DNA of 63,617 nucleotides, from the NCBI GenBank assembly GCA_947490265.1, contig CANLGQ010000001.1, positions 1-63,617 on the forward strand, read 5' to 3'. The notes beneath the pieces were generated by a model. The model made no database searches, was not told the DNA's origin, and worked only from the letters and a program-made list of their open reading frames with translations. The stretch comes from Pseudomonadota bacterium. Its GTDB lineage: Bacteria; Myxococcota_A; UBA796; GCA-2862545. Every line of letters starts with the position of its first letter. Positions within the stretch are counted from its first letter, which is position 1. Positions 38,755 to 48,335 of the stretch are shown one piece after another. A program made the position numbers and the translations under genes.

Positions 38755-40245
38755 CTACTTGGGCGCCGGGGCCGGCGCGTTGTTCCGGAGCTCTTTCTCC
38801 TTCATCCGCTTCTTTGCGCGATCGCTGAGGTCCTGCTCGAGGATCTCGAATTCGACCCGGCGGTTCTTCGCCTGTCCATCCGCCGTGGCGTTGTCGCCGA
38901 CCGGATCCGACTCGCCAAAGCCTTTCGCCACGATCCGGTTCGCGTCGATCCCGTGGTCCGTCAGGTACTTCGCGACCGACGCGGCGCGGTCCTGCGAGAG
39001 CTTCAGGTTCTTCGCATCGTCGCCGGCGTTGTCGGTGTGACCTTCGACCTGCACCTTCTTGATGCCCGGGTACTTCTGGAGTGCGCGCACGATGTCGTCG
39101 AGCAGGGCGCTCGAGACCGGCTTGATGGTCGCCTTTCCGGTATCGAATTCGACGTTTTCGGTGATGTGGATCGCGCGGTCGGCCACATAGACGCGACCCG
39201 GGCAGCCGTCGCTGCGCTCGGGGTCGATGCCGTCGTTCGCCTTGGCTTCCGGACACGCATCCCGCGCGTCGGGGACCAGGTCGCCGTCCTTGTCGGGACA
39301 TCCGTTGGCGTCGGCTTTGCCGGCGTCCTTCGGGCACTCGTCGTCGGCATCGGCCACGCTGTCGGCGTCGGTGTCGGGGCAGCCCTTGAACCCGACCACG
39401 CCGAACACGTCCTTGCAGGCGTCGGACGCGTCCACCACGCCGTCCTTGTCGTTGTCGTCGTCGGGGCAGCCGTCGGTGTCTTCGAACCCGTCCGCGTCTT
39501 CCCCCTTGTCTTGGCACTGGTCGGTGGCGTCGTCGACCCCGTCCTTGTCGTTATCGGCCTCGGGACAACCGTTATCGTCCTCGAATCCATCGGCGTCTTC
39601 GGCCTGGTCGATGCAGCCATCCGCTTCGTCGAGGATGCCGTCGTTGTCGCTGTCCTTCTTCGCGCCGAAGCGGAACATCACGCCGGCGGTGGTCTCCCAG
39701 CTCAGGAACGCGTCGCCGTGGTTCTCGAAGTTCTCGGTCCCGACGTTCAGCAGCCAACGGAGATCGCCGCGGAGCGCCACCGCCGAGGTCTCGGTGTCCT
39801 TGCCCAAGGGGATGAGGAATCCGGGTCCGGCGTTGCCGAGGACGTCGAGATCGGTCTTGTCGCCGGTGGGCAGCCGCAGCGCACCGCCGTCGTCGATCTT
39901 CTTGACCATCACGCCAGCACCGAGCGAAAGCAGAAGCTGAAAGCGCTGCTCGGGGAACAAGCGACCCAAGAGATTCACGCGGGGCGCGATCACCGAGTAC
40001 TTGAACGCGTCTGGGCGGGCGACCTGGGTCTCACCCAGGATAATCCCTGCGTCCAGCTCGGCGGCCAGGGTGGGGCTGAACCACCAGGCGGCGTTCGGCA
40101 GCACCGTGATGCCGTTGCCGATGACCTCGAGGCTGTCCATCCACACCGCTCCACCGGAGGCGCCGACGGTCACCTCGCTGGCGTGCGCCACGCCGGTTGC
40201 GCTCGCGGCCAGTAGGAGAGAAAGAAGCAGGTTGACTCTCATCAT
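38755..40245 (-). CDS. OmpA family outer-membrane protein with thrombospondin type 3 repeats
   Basis: GGAGG precedes the ATGATG at 40245. Signal peptide MMRVNLLLSLLLAASATGVAHA. N-terminal barrel. Repeats of the type DSDNDGILDEADGCIDQAEDADGFEDDNGCPE. OmpA_C (VEFDTGKATIKPVS...VEGHTDNAGDDAKNLKLSQDRAASV...NRRVEF). Confidence 0.88.
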   Translation of the reverse strand: MMRVNLLLSLLLAASATGVAHASEVTVGASGGAVWMDSLEVIGNGITVLPNAAWWFSPTLAAELDAGIILGETQVARPDAFKYSVIAPRVNLLGRLFPEQRFQLLLSLGAGVMVKKIDDGGALRLPTGDKTDLDVLGNAGPGFLIPLGKDTETSAVALRGDLRWLLNVGTENFENHGDAFLSWETTAGVMFRFGAKKDSDNDGILDEADGCIDQAEDADGFEDDNGCPEADNDKDGVDDATDQCQDKGEDADGFEDTDGCPDDDNDKDGVVDASDACKDVFGVVGFKGCPDTDADSVADADDECPKDAGKADANGCPDKDGDLVPDARDACPEAKANDGIDPERSDGCPGRVYVADRAIHITENVEFDTGKATIKPVSSALLDDIVRALQKYPGIKKVQVEGHTDNAGDDAKNLKLSQDRAASVAKYLTDHGIDANRIVAKGFGESDPVGDNATADGQAKNRRVEFEILEQDLSDRAKKRMKEKELRNNAPAPAPK

Positions 40246-40435
40246 GCGCCTCCGACGAGGTTCCCGGAACGACTGTTGCGCTGCGGCGGGATATTGGCAG
40301 GAAACACCCGGGCGCGCAATAAGCCGGTGCCGGGCCGCACCTGATAGCCCGGAGCGGGCTGGGCGCACACCCGGTGCGGGTTGGCTTCCTCGGTGGTGTC
40401 GGCAACGGTTCGCGTGTTCACAGGTCGGGGGCAGG

Positions 40436-40882
40436 ATGGGCATCTACGAGCAGGTGAACGAGCAACTGAAGGACGCGATGCGGGCCCGGGACACGGCTCG
40501 CACCACCGCCCTGCGCAACGTGCGCGCCGGTTTCATCGAAGAGATGAAGACGGACAACTCGGCGACGTTGTCCGATGAGCGGTGCATCGGCATCTTGCGA
40601 AAGCTGGCCAAACAGCGGCAAGAAAGCATCGACGCCTTCCGCGCCGGGGGCCGCGAGGACCTGGTTTCCGCTGAGGTCGCCGAGTTGGCCGTCCTGGAGT
40701 CCTTCCTGCCCCAGCGGGCCGACGAGGCCACCACCCGCGGCTGGGTCGCCGCCGCGGTGGCGGCAACCGGCGCAACCTCGGCAAAGGACCTGGGCAAGGT
40801 GGTGGGAGCGGTGATGAAGGCGCACAAGGACGACGTCGACGGGAAGCGCGTGCAGGACATCGCTCGGGAGCTCCTCGGGTGA
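40436..40882 (+). CDS. yqeY: GatB/YqeY domain-containing protein
   Basis: MGIYEQVNEQLKDAMRARDTARTTALRNVRAGF...KDLGKVVGAVMKAHKDDVDGKRV is the YqeY pattern. 148 aa. Confidence 0.85.
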   Translation: MGIYEQVNEQLKDAMRARDTARTTALRNVRAGFIEEMKTDNSATLSDERCIGILRKLAKQRQESIDAFRAGGREDLVSAEVAELAVLESFLPQRADEATTRGWVAAAVAATGATSAKDLGKVVGAVMKAHKDDVDGKRVQDIARELLG

Positions 40883-41220
40883 GGGCCGCGTGGGGCACCG
40901 GCTGGTTCGCGCTGGCCTTCGCGGCGTGCTCGGTACCGCGCGAGGAGTTTCCGGCGGCCAAGGCGAACGCGCTCTGCGATCTGCAGAAGCGTTGCGCGCG
41001 TGGCGCGTTTCACGCCCAGTGGTCGGAGATGAAGGTCTGCCGCGAGAAAACCGAGGAGGACGTGGCCGAGGCGGTCGCGGACTTCGACTGGTGCAGCTAC
41101 GATGCCCTCGAGGGCGGGCGATGCGCCGCGCGGGTGCGGGCGCTGCCTTGCGACGACTTCGCCCTGGGGCGCACCGAAGAAGCGTGCGATTTGGTGTTCG
41201 ACTGCGGATTTGCCCGATGA
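40879..41220 (+). CDS. Cys-rich lipoprotein (paralog A, 113 aa)
   Basis: GTG 40879 overlaps the yqeY stop (GTGA). Lipobox AFAAC. Seven further Cys, six of them at positions shared with the next gene. Confidence 0.6.
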   Translation: MRAAWGTGWFALAFAACSVPREEFPAAKANALCDLQKRCARGAFHAQWSEMKVCREKTEEDVAEAVADFDWCSYDALEGGRCAARVRALPCDDFALGRTEEACDLVFDCGFAR

Positions 41221-41558
41221 GGCGCTGGGGACTCCTCGTTGCGCTCGCCGCGTCGGGGTGCGGCTCCCTTCCCGAGGAGGCGTTCGCCCGGAGGTTCGCG
41301 ACGCTCGACTGTGCGAGGCACTGGCAGTGCGATCGCGGGAGCTTCGACCAGTACTATTTTGGGCACTTCGACTGCGTTCGGGAGAAGGAGCGCACCTACG
41401 AGGAGCTGGCCGCATTCGAAGACGAGTATGGTTGCACCTACAATCCGGAGGCGGCTGCTCGGGCCTACGGCTCGCTCCACGACATGACCTGCCAGGACTG
41501 GGTGGAGGGGGGGGTGCTCGTGGGGATCACCGGTATCTGGGCCGAGTGCGGCGGATGA
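41217..41558 (+). CDS. Cys-rich lipoprotein (paralog B, 113 aa)
   Basis: ATGA overlap with the upstream gene. Lipobox AASGC. Aligns with paralog A: C..P.E.F......C....C.RG.F ... C.REK ... C.Y ... C.D ... CG. Confidence 0.6.
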   Translation: MRRWGLLVALAASGCGSLPEEAFARRFATLDCARHWQCDRGSFDQYYFGHFDCVREKERTYEELAAFEDEYGCTYNPEAAARAYGSLHDMTCQDWVEGGVLVGITGIWAECGG

Positions 41559-42196
41559 CGGGATTGGGGCTGCTCGCCCTGGTGGCCTGCGGGGTCACTC
41601 GTGTCGACGGGGCCATCGATGGGCAGCCAGTCGAGGTGGCGAACGCGACGTATGCCGAGGTGCCTGGGCTCTTCGGGGACGACGGCGCCATCCTGATCTG
41701 GCTGTTGCCGGGCGACGACGCGTGCGGGACCCTCGGCCGGTGGTTCGGGGTCAGTGAGGCCAGCCGTGACCCGGTGGAGCTCGCCAATCAGTGGAATACC
41801 ACCTTTCCCAGTGAGTTCTGGCAGGTCGATCTCGTGCTCAGGGTGGCGGATCCGCTTCAGTCCACGAGCGGGGTGTGGCTCGAGGGGACGGCGTGGGACG
41901 CGAACACCGAGGTCGCGGGGCAGGTTTACGCCGATCTTCAGCATCATTTGACCAGCCGCGACGAACGCTTTTTCTCCGGTGACGTGTCGGACCCCGACGC
42001 CTGGTTCCTGCGGTGGTACAGCCACCGGGGGCTCCTGCAGATCCACCGCCATCAACCCGGACAGAGCCTCTCTGGGGTTTTCACGACAGAGGCCGCGGAT
42101 CCCGACACCGGGGCCCGACAGGGCGAGATCGTCATCCGCTTCGCAGCTGACCATTGCGCGGAGCTCGACGCTATTTTCGCTCGAGGTGGGACTTGA
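41555..42196 (+). CDS. putative lipoprotein, unknown function
   Basis: ATGA overlap with the upstream gene. Lipobox ALVAC. 213 aa. Confidence 0.6.
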   Translation: MTGLGLLALVACGVTRVDGAIDGQPVEVANATYAEVPGLFGDDGAILIWLLPGDDACGTLGRWFGVSEASRDPVELANQWNTTFPSEFWQVDLVLRVADPLQSTSGVWLEGTAWDANTEVAGQVYADLQHHLTSRDERFFSGDVSDPDAWFLRWYSHRGLLQIHRHQPGQSLSGVFTTEAADPDTGARQGEIVIRFAADHCAELDAIFARGGT

Positions 42197-43179
42197 TCGG
42201 GCTTCTGGCCGCGGTTGCGCTCGCCACCGACCTTCAGTTCGCTTACGACGCCACGTTGGAGGCCGGCGAGCGGCCGAGCTTCACGGTGACGGCGCCCGTT
42301 CCGGTGGCCGAGCTGCAGATCGTGGTCGAGGCGGGTGGTCAGACCTACAAGCACGCGTTCGAACAGGTCAGCCCGGGGCGGCCCTACACGTTCGACTGGT
42401 CTGCCGATCCATCGGTGACTACGGCCGCGATCCAGATCTTGTGTGCGTTCGCCGACGGCAACGAGGAGGAGATCAGCGCCAAGATCCAGTATTCCTACGC
42501 CGCCCCGCTGGCGGTAGACCTCGCTCACGCCAGCGCGGATCGCGCGGCGGCGCGCCTGCGGGTTCCGGTGAGCGGGCCGGTCGAGTCGGCCGAAATCATC
42601 GCCTGGGGACCGAGGAAGCTCGAGCTCGCCCGCGCCGAGGTGCGGGTCGGCGCTGGACCGGGAACGCTCGATCTGCCGTGGCCGGGGGACGTCGCGGAGA
42701 CCGTGCTTCTGGAGGTGACCCTCCGGAGCGGACCGAGCTGGACGTCCTTCGAGTACTCGCCCTGGTTCCTCGATATCCCTCATCAGGACGTGCTGTTCGA
42801 GTCGGATCGGAGCGCGATCCTCCCGGCCGAGACGCCGAAGCTGGAGGACACGCTCGCTCGCCTGAGAGAGGTGCTCGACAAGTACGGATCGGTCGTTCCG
42901 GTCCAGCTCTTTGTTGCCGGGTGTACCGACACCGTGGGTGATTCGGGGCACAATCTCGCGCTGTCCCGTGATCGGGCGCGGGCCATTGCCACCTGGCTCC
43001 GAGCGCAGGGTTACGACCGACCGATCTGGTACCACGGTTTCGGGGAGTCGTTTCTCGCGGTCCCCACGGGAGACGCCACGGACAACCCGGCGAACCGCAG
43101 GGCCGTTTATCTGGTTGGGGCGAGCCCGCCGGGTGCCGACGCCGGCATGCCCGCGGTGAACTGGACGCCGTTGGAATAG
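42193..43179 (+). CDS. OmpA_C-like peptidoglycan-binding domain protein
   Basis: TTG 42193 overlaps the upstream stop (TTGA). The only in-frame ATG upstream (42154) would overlap by 43 nt. C-terminal VLFESDRSAILPAETPKLEDTL...VAGCTDTVGDSGHNLALSRDRARAI...NRRAVYL is OmpA_C-like. Confidence 0.7.
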   Translation: MIGLLAAVALATDLQFAYDATLEAGERPSFTVTAPVPVAELQIVVEAGGQTYKHAFEQVSPGRPYTFDWSADPSVTTAAIQILCAFADGNEEEISAKIQYSYAAPLAVDLAHASADRAAARLRVPVSGPVESAEIIAWGPRKLELARAEVRVGAGPGTLDLPWPGDVAETVLLEVTLRSGPSWTSFEYSPWFLDIPHQDVLFESDRSAILPAETPKLEDTLARLREVLDKYGSVVPVQLFVAGCTDTVGDSGHNLALSRDRARAIATWLRAQGYDRPIWYHGFGESFLAVPTGDATDNPANRRAVYLVGASPPGADAGMPAVNWTPLE

Positions 43180-43216
43180 TCGGGTGGGTCGTTGCGTATC
43201 GTTCCCGGGGGAGAAG

Positions 43217-43834
43217 ATGGCGGGCCTGGTCTCCGAATCCGAGCGGTCTCTCCCCGCGACGCTCGCCTCGAACGCCCGCGCGCTCGGGGGCGTGACCACC
43301 GTCTTGTGGTCCGTTCAACTCCTGAACGCGCTGCTCGGACACGGCCTGGATCAGCTGGGGGTCGTGCCGCGCACCGGGAGCGGATTGGTGGGGATCCTGG
43401 CCGGCCCTTTCCTGCATGCCAGCTTCGCCCATCTCGCTATGAATACGGTCGCCCTGTGGTTTCTCGGCGGCCTGACCATGACCCGACGGCAGCTCGACTT
43501 CTGGGTCGTAGGGGGGATCGCCGCGATCACGGCGGGGTTGGGGACCTGGCTGTTCGGGGGTGCCGGCACCGTTCACCTCGGCGCGAGCGGGGTAATCTTC
43601 GGATATCTTGGCTTTCTCCTCGGTCGTGGGGTGTTCGAGCGCACGGCCTTCACGCTCGCGTTGGCCCTGGGCGTTCTGTGGTTCGCGGGTAGCATGCTCC
43701 TCGGCATGCTCCCGATCGGAAACCCGGGCGTGAGCTGGCAGGCGCACCTGTTTGGTTTTGCCGGCGGCGTTCTGGCGGCGCGCACGCTGGCGGTGGCCCG
43801 ATCTGGGCGCGCTCGGATCGGCCTGCGGCGCTGA
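43217..43834 (+). CDS. rhomboid family intramembrane serine protease
   Basis: [16 protein letters not shown], catalytic GASGVIFG and downstream H in AHLFGFAGG. 6-TM profile. Start is ATG 43217, or 43184 as an alternative. Confidence 0.8.
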   Translation: MAGLVSESERSLPATLASNARALGGVTTVLWSVQLLNALLGHGLDQLGVVPRTGSGLVGILAGPFLHASFAHLAMNTVALWFLGGLTMTRRQLDFWVVGGIAAITAGLGTWLFGGAGTVHLGASGVIFGYLGFLLGRGVFERTAFTLALALGVLWFAGSMLLGMLPIGNPGVSWQAHLFGFAGGVLAARTLAVARSGRARIGLRR

Positions 43835-43965
43835 TCCGGCGTCGAGCGGTCAAAACCTGTCCGGCGGCTGCTGGACCCCGGGGGTGCCCCGTCGTAGATC
43901 CGGGGGGTCGGCGGCGTCGACGCGGTCGGTCGTTTCCCCTGCGAGTGCGGAAAAAGGAAGGAATC

Positions 43966-44451
43966 ATGACGGTAAACAAGGTAATTCTCGTCGGCAACCT
44001 CGGAGCGGACCCCGAGAGCCGCACGGCGCAGTCCGGGGGGATGGTCACCACCCTGCGCATCGCCACGAGCGATCGCCGGAAAGATCGCGACGGCAACTGG
44101 GCCGACTCGACCGAGTGGCACCGCGTCATCCTGTTCGGCAAGGTGGCCGAGAATGCGGCTCGGTACCTGAGGAAGGGTCGTCAGGTCTACGTGGAGGGAA
44201 AGATCCAGTCGCGCGAATACCAGGACAAGGATGGACAGAAGCGGTATATCACCGAGATCATTGGGAACGACCTCAAGTTCATCGGCGGGAACCGGGAGGG
44301 CGGCACGGGCCGAGGCGACGGTGGGGTTAACGAGGGCGGGGGGGGTGGGCCGCCGGGGCGCGATACAGGGGGCGGGGGCGGCGAGTATGGTGGCGGCAGC
44401 TACGAGGGCGGAGGGAGTGGGTCCGCACCCGACGACGACATCCCGTTTTAG
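43966..44451 (+). CDS. ssb: single-stranded DNA-binding protein
   Basis: AAGGAAGGAA precedes ATG 43966. [17 protein letters not shown]...[14 protein letters not shown]-fold. Gly-rich linker. Acidic tip DDDIPF. Confidence 0.93.
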   Translation: MTVNKVILVGNLGADPESRTAQSGGMVTTLRIATSDRRKDRDGNWADSTEWHRVILFGKVAENAARYLRKGRQVYVEGKIQSREYQDKDGQKRYITEIIGNDLKFIGGNREGGTGRGDGGVNEGGGGGPPGRDTGGGGGEYGGGSYEGGGSGSAPDDDIPF

Positions 44452-44493
44452 CCTTCGCCGGTGCGCCCCTCGGGTCGGCGCGGGTGCGATGCG

Positions 44494-45072
44494 GTGAGCC
44501 GCCGGCGCAAGATCTGGTGGGCTGCGGCCATTTCGGGCCTGCTGCTTCTCGCGGCCCCGATTCTCGCGTGGCGGCTTCGGGCCCCGCTGGTCCGGTCGCT
44601 CGTGGGGGAGTCGTGCACGCCGGTCGTGGCCCCGAAGCTCGACATGGTCGAGCTGATCGCGATTCGGCGGAAGACCCGCGTTCATGCCAGGCACCGGGAT
44701 CAACCCCTCGAGCTCTCGGGTCGAGAAATGTCGTGGGTGTTGACCGAGCAATACCGGATCCCGGTCGAAATCAGCGCAACCGGAGATCGGGTCGCGCTGC
44801 GGAAGCCCATCTCGCTTCAAGGCGGCGGCTGCGGCGACTTCGAAATCGTGGGGCGGGTCCAAGTCGTCGAGGGTCGCCTGCGAGTGCTCCCGGACGAGCT
44901 GAAGTTTGGCGGGTGGCCGATTCCCGTGCCCGAGCGCTGGTTCCTGGTGAGCCGCGACTGGATGGGTCCTGAGGCCCCGGAGGTGGAGCGGCTGATTGGC
45001 GGGGTGGATTCGCTCGAGGTCCGCGACGGGACGTTTCGGGTGGTGATTGGCGACGTGGGCATTCTCCCGTGA
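44494..45072 (+). CDS. hypothetical membrane-anchored protein
   Basis: GTG 44494 gives SRRRKIWWAAAISGLLLLAAPILAW (positive N-region plus TM). GTG 44461 is an alternative start. Follows ssb closely. Confidence 0.55.
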   Translation: MSRRRKIWWAAAISGLLLLAAPILAWRLRAPLVRSLVGESCTPVVAPKLDMVELIAIRRKTRVHARHRDQPLELSGREMSWVLTEQYRIPVEISATGDRVALRKPISLQGGGCGDFEIVGRVQVVEGRLRVLPDELKFGGWPIPVPERWFLVSRDWMGPEAPEVERLIGGVDSLEVRDGTFRVVIGDVGILP

Positions 45073-45371
45073 GACTCGCGGCGCTGGCGCTGGCGGGCGG
45101 TTGCACGGTCGTGGTGCACGTCGACTCCCGACCCGTCCCGGCCGAGGTCGCTCTGCTGCCCGGGCAGATGGTCCGGCTTCCTGCTGAGATCCCGCTTCGA
45201 TGGGTGCCCTTTCGCCGGCCTCAGCTACTCTGCACCGCGATCGGGTATCGCTCGGTCACCGTTCCCGTCCGGCTGGGGCTCGGCTCTCTTCATCGTGCGC
45301 GGGCGGTAGAGGTGGTGCTGATCCCCGAGCACGGCCCGACCGGCACGTGGACCGAGGGCGACATCCCCTAG
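45069..45371 (+). CDS. small lipoprotein (PEGA-like beta-sandwich suspected)
   Basis: GTGA overlap with the upstream gene. Lipobox ALAGGC. 100 aa. Confidence 0.5.
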   Translation: MRLAALALAGGCTVVVHVDSRPVPAEVALLPGQMVRLPAEIPLRWVPFRRPQLLCTAIGYRSVTVPVRLGLGSLHRARAVEVVLIPEHGPTGTWTEGDIP

Positions 45372-45381
45372 TCTCCATCGA

Positions 45382-45409
45382 CCCGCGCGGCCGATTTTGC
45401 GCGCGCGGG
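45382..45409 (+). terminator. candidate hairpin terminator
   Basis: CCCGCGCG (45382-45389) pairs with CGCGCGGG (45402-45409). The 12-nt loop contains TTTT. It lies 11 nt after the stop at 45371. There is no trailing U-tract. Confidence 0.35.
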
Positions 45410-45521
45410 CTTCCCAACCTGCGTGCGCCGTGGCAGATTCGACGGGTCGAATGGCGGCCCCGCCGAAGCGTCCAAGGGCCGCCGCGCCGGTTCGGCGCCG
45501 TCCCCGTCTCAGGAGTGGTCC

Positions 45522-47285
45522 ATGTCCCGCGCTCTGTTACCGCTTGCGAATGTGGTTGCCTTCCTCGCCGTTCTCGGCTGTTCGGGCCTGATGCCGACCG
45601 AAGCGCCGCCGCCGGCTCCGCCCGGCCCGGTGCTCGGGGACGTGTTGCGCGTCGGGAAGGACGACGGGTGGAAGGGAAGCAAGGGGGGTGATTATGAGGC
45701 GAACGCCTACGTGATCAAGCTGCGGCGCGGGTACACCCCCGCCGACATCGGCTTGGGCGGCCGCGGAGGCGGTGCGGGCGCCCACGCGGCCCCCGGCGGA
45801 GACGGAGATGGAGACGGCAAGGCCGGCAAGGGTGGGAAGGGCGGAAAAGGTGGGAAAGGGGGAGGCGGCGGCGGGGGAGGCGGCCGTGGCGATCGGGGGG
45901 ATGACAACGGGGGAGACCCGATCCATCGAGAGCGGCCGGGCGATGGGGAGCTCGACGACTACCTGGGGATCGGCCGGACGGTGCGCCTCCACTCGAAGCA
46001 GCCGAAGGAGCAGGTCATTGCCAAATACGAGGCGATGGAGGCGGTAGAATGGATCGAACAGGCCGTTCGAATGGGCAAGACCGGAGTGAACGACCCGTAT
46101 TTCGACAAGCAGTGGCACATGTCGATGCTGGACGCGCCGAAGGCCTGGCAGAAATCGCAGGGTGAAGGCACCATCGTCGCGGTAATCGACACCGGGGTCA
46201 GCGCCGGCGAAGACGGTTTTGCGCACTTGTTGCAGGGCAAGGACTTCGTCGATGGCGATAACCGGCCAGAGGACGAGAACTGCCACGGATCGCACGTTGC
46301 CGGTACCATCGCTCAGCGGGCCAACAACAACGTCGGGGTGGTGGGGATGGCGCCCAAGGCCTCCATCCTGCCCGTGCGGGTGCTCGACGCGGAGGGGTCG
46401 GGGACCAACACCGCCGTGGCCGAGGGGATCATCTGGGCCGCGGATCACGACGCCAACGTGATCAACATGAGCCTCGGGTCGCCCGTGGCGACCGAGGTCA
46501 TCGAAGACGCCGTGACCTACGCCTACGAGTCCGGCGTGACGATCGTGTGCGCAACCGGCAATGACGCGAGCCCCACCGACATCAGCTTTCCGGCGGCCTA
46601 CGACCACGTCGTGGCCGTGGGGTCGGTGGATGCGCGAAAGGACATCGCGCCGTATTCCAACCAGGGGAGGGAGATCGATCTGGTCGCGCCGGGCGGGAAC
46701 ACCACGCTCGATTCCGACAGCGATGGTTTCCCCGATGGTGTCGTCCAGGAGACCCGGGAGGGCGGCAAGTGGGGGTATGTGTACCTTCAGGGCACCTCCA
46801 TGGCGACGCCCCACGTCGCCGGGGTGGCGGCGCTGCTCTACGCCAACGGGGTGCACGACCCGGACCAGATCGCCAAGATCCTCACGAACTCCGCCGACGA
46901 TCTCGGCTCCAAGGGGTGGGACAAGACGTTCGGCCACGGCCTCGTGAACCCGGTCGCCGCGCTCGACGCGCGGGTTCCGCCCGGTGGGGGCGGCGGTCGG
47001 CGCGGGAAGGGGGGCGACGGCGGCGGGGGCGGGGGTCCGCTCGAGATCACCAAGACCGGCTCGCGTCAGGGCCAGGGCGCCACCCGGGTGATCGTCGGTT
47101 GGATCACCAACGTGCCAGCCAACACGGTCATCACCGGGTCCGATGGCTTTCGCGACAGCAACGAGGCGCGGGTGAAGACGCACAAGGTGACCGTGACCGG
47201 CCGGCGCGGCGCCACGGTGACCTACACGCTCAAGTCGTCCAATGGGAAGGACAACGCCCAGGAGAAAATCGAAGTCAAGTTCTGA
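45522..47285 (+). CDS. S8 family (subtilisin-like) serine peptidase, lipoprotein-type leader
   Basis: AGGAG precedes ATG 45522. Leader ...AFLAVLGC. Catalytic triad contexts VAVIDTGV, HGSHVAGT, GTSMATPHVAG. Gly/Lys low-complexity insert in the pro-region. C-terminal beta-rich domain. Confidence 0.9.
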   Translation: MSRALLPLANVVAFLAVLGCSGLMPTEAPPPAPPGPVLGDVLRVGKDDGWKGSKGGDYEANAYVIKLRRGYTPADIGLGGRGGGAGAHAAPGGDGDGDGKAGKGGKGGKGGKGGGGGGGGGRGDRGDDNGGDPIHRERPGDGELDDYLGIGRTVRLHSKQPKEQVIAKYEAMEAVEWIEQAVRMGKTGVNDPYFDKQWHMSMLDAPKAWQKSQGEGTIVAVIDTGVSAGEDGFAHLLQGKDFVDGDNRPEDENCHGSHVAGTIAQRANNNVGVVGMAPKASILPVRVLDAEGSGTNTAVAEGIIWAADHDANVINMSLGSPVATEVIEDAVTYAYESGVTIVCATGNDASPTDISFPAAYDHVVAVGSVDARKDIAPYSNQGREIDLVAPGGNTTLDSDSDGFPDGVVQETREGGKWGYVYLQGTSMATPHVAGVAALLYANGVHDPDQIAKILTNSADDLGSKGWDKTFGHGLVNPVAALDARVPPGGGGGRRGKGGDGGGGGGPLEITKTGSRQGQGATRVIVGWITNVPANTVITGSDGFRDSNEARVKTHKVTVTGRRGATVTYTLKSSNGKDNAQEKIEVKF

Positions 47286-47299
47286 CCGGGCCGGGTGCC

Positions 47300-47324
47300 G
47301 GGGTCCTGCTTGCTGCAGGACCCC
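47300..47324. terminator. bidirectional hairpin between convergent genes
   Basis: Perfect 10-bp stem GGGGTCCTGC / GCAGGACCCC with the 5-nt loop TTGCT. It sits between the S8 stop (47285) and the methyltransferase stop (47337). No U-tract. Confidence 0.45.
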
Positions 47325-47336
47325 CAGGATGCCCGA

Positions 47337-48185
47337 TCAGACCCGGCGGAGTTTGAACTGCACGTCGCCGCAGTAGTGCTGGGCGAATCCACGCACGCAG
47401 GTGGACAGGTAGCGATCGTAGTCGTCGAATACCTGATCGCCCCAGGTGGCACGGATCGTAGACTCGTGAAGTTTCATCCGGCGCAACCATTCGGCCGTGG
47501 TCTTGCCGTAGTGCTCGCGACGCATGTGCATCTCGAGGATCTCCCACTTCTGGTTGCCGATCGCGAGGACCAGCTCCTCGATCCGCGGGTTCAACCCGCC
47601 CGGGAAGATGACGTCGGCGGTGAACGCGAGGTCTTCCAAATCCTTCCGGTTGCGAGGGATCCGGTTTCGCAAGATCGCCTGGAAGCCGAAGCAGGCGCCG
47701 GGCTCCACCCAGGTCGCCAGCCGGTCGAAGTAGCCTTTGTAGATCTCCACGGCGCGCCCTTCGCGGGCCTGGGCCGGCGAGCACAGGTGGTCGATCATCT
47801 CGATCGACACCAGGGCGTCGTATTTCCGAACGGGGACGTGAACCGCGTAGTCCTCGATGACGATCCGCGCGTTTTTTAGCTTGCGCCCCAACGCCCACTC
47901 GGCCTGTTCGGTCGAGAGCGTGACCCCGATCGCCTCCTTGCAACCGCGCCGCACCGCGTAGTCGAGGAAGGATCCCCAGCCACATCCGATGTCGCAGACC
48001 GTTTTTTCCGGCGTGACCTCGGCGAAGTCGTAGAGGACGCGCGCTTTGTTTTCCTGGGCCTCCTCGAGCGACATCTCGCCATCGTACACCGCGCAGGTGT
48101 AGTGCATATTCTCGTCCAGCCATAGCCGGAAGAAGTCATTGCCCACGTCGTAACTGACTTCTACCTGCCTCTGTGTCGAGGTCAT
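47337..48185 (-). CDS. cyclopropane-fatty-acyl-phospholipid synthase family SAM-dependent methyltransferase
   Basis: AGGAGG precedes ATG 48185. YDVGNDFFRLWLDENMHYTCAVY and the SAM motif VCDIGCGWGSF. 282 aa, the typical CMAS size. Confidence 0.85.
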   Translation of the reverse strand: MTSTQRQVEVSYDVGNDFFRLWLDENMHYTCAVYDGEMSLEEAQENKARVLYDFAEVTPEKTVCDIGCGWGSFLDYAVRRGCKEAIGVTLSTEQAEWALGRKLKNARIVIEDYAVHVPVRKYDALVSIEMIDHLCSPAQAREGRAVEIYKGYFDRLATWVEPGACFGFQAILRNRIPRNRKDLEDLAFTADVIFPGGLNPRIEELVLAIGNQKWEILEMHMRREHYGKTTAEWLRRMKLHESTIRATWGDQVFDDYDRYLSTCVRGFAQHYCGDVQFKLRRV

Positions 48186-48335
48186 CACCGTCCTCCTGGC
48201 GTCCTCGCCTCCTATCGCGCCGGGTCGCTGTCGGCGATCCGGCGTCTGGCGCCGAGGCTCGTGGTCACGTTTCGTCGCCAGGCTTGAGTGGGGGGCCGCA
48301 GGCGACATAGGCTAGCAGGACAGCCTGAGGGACCC

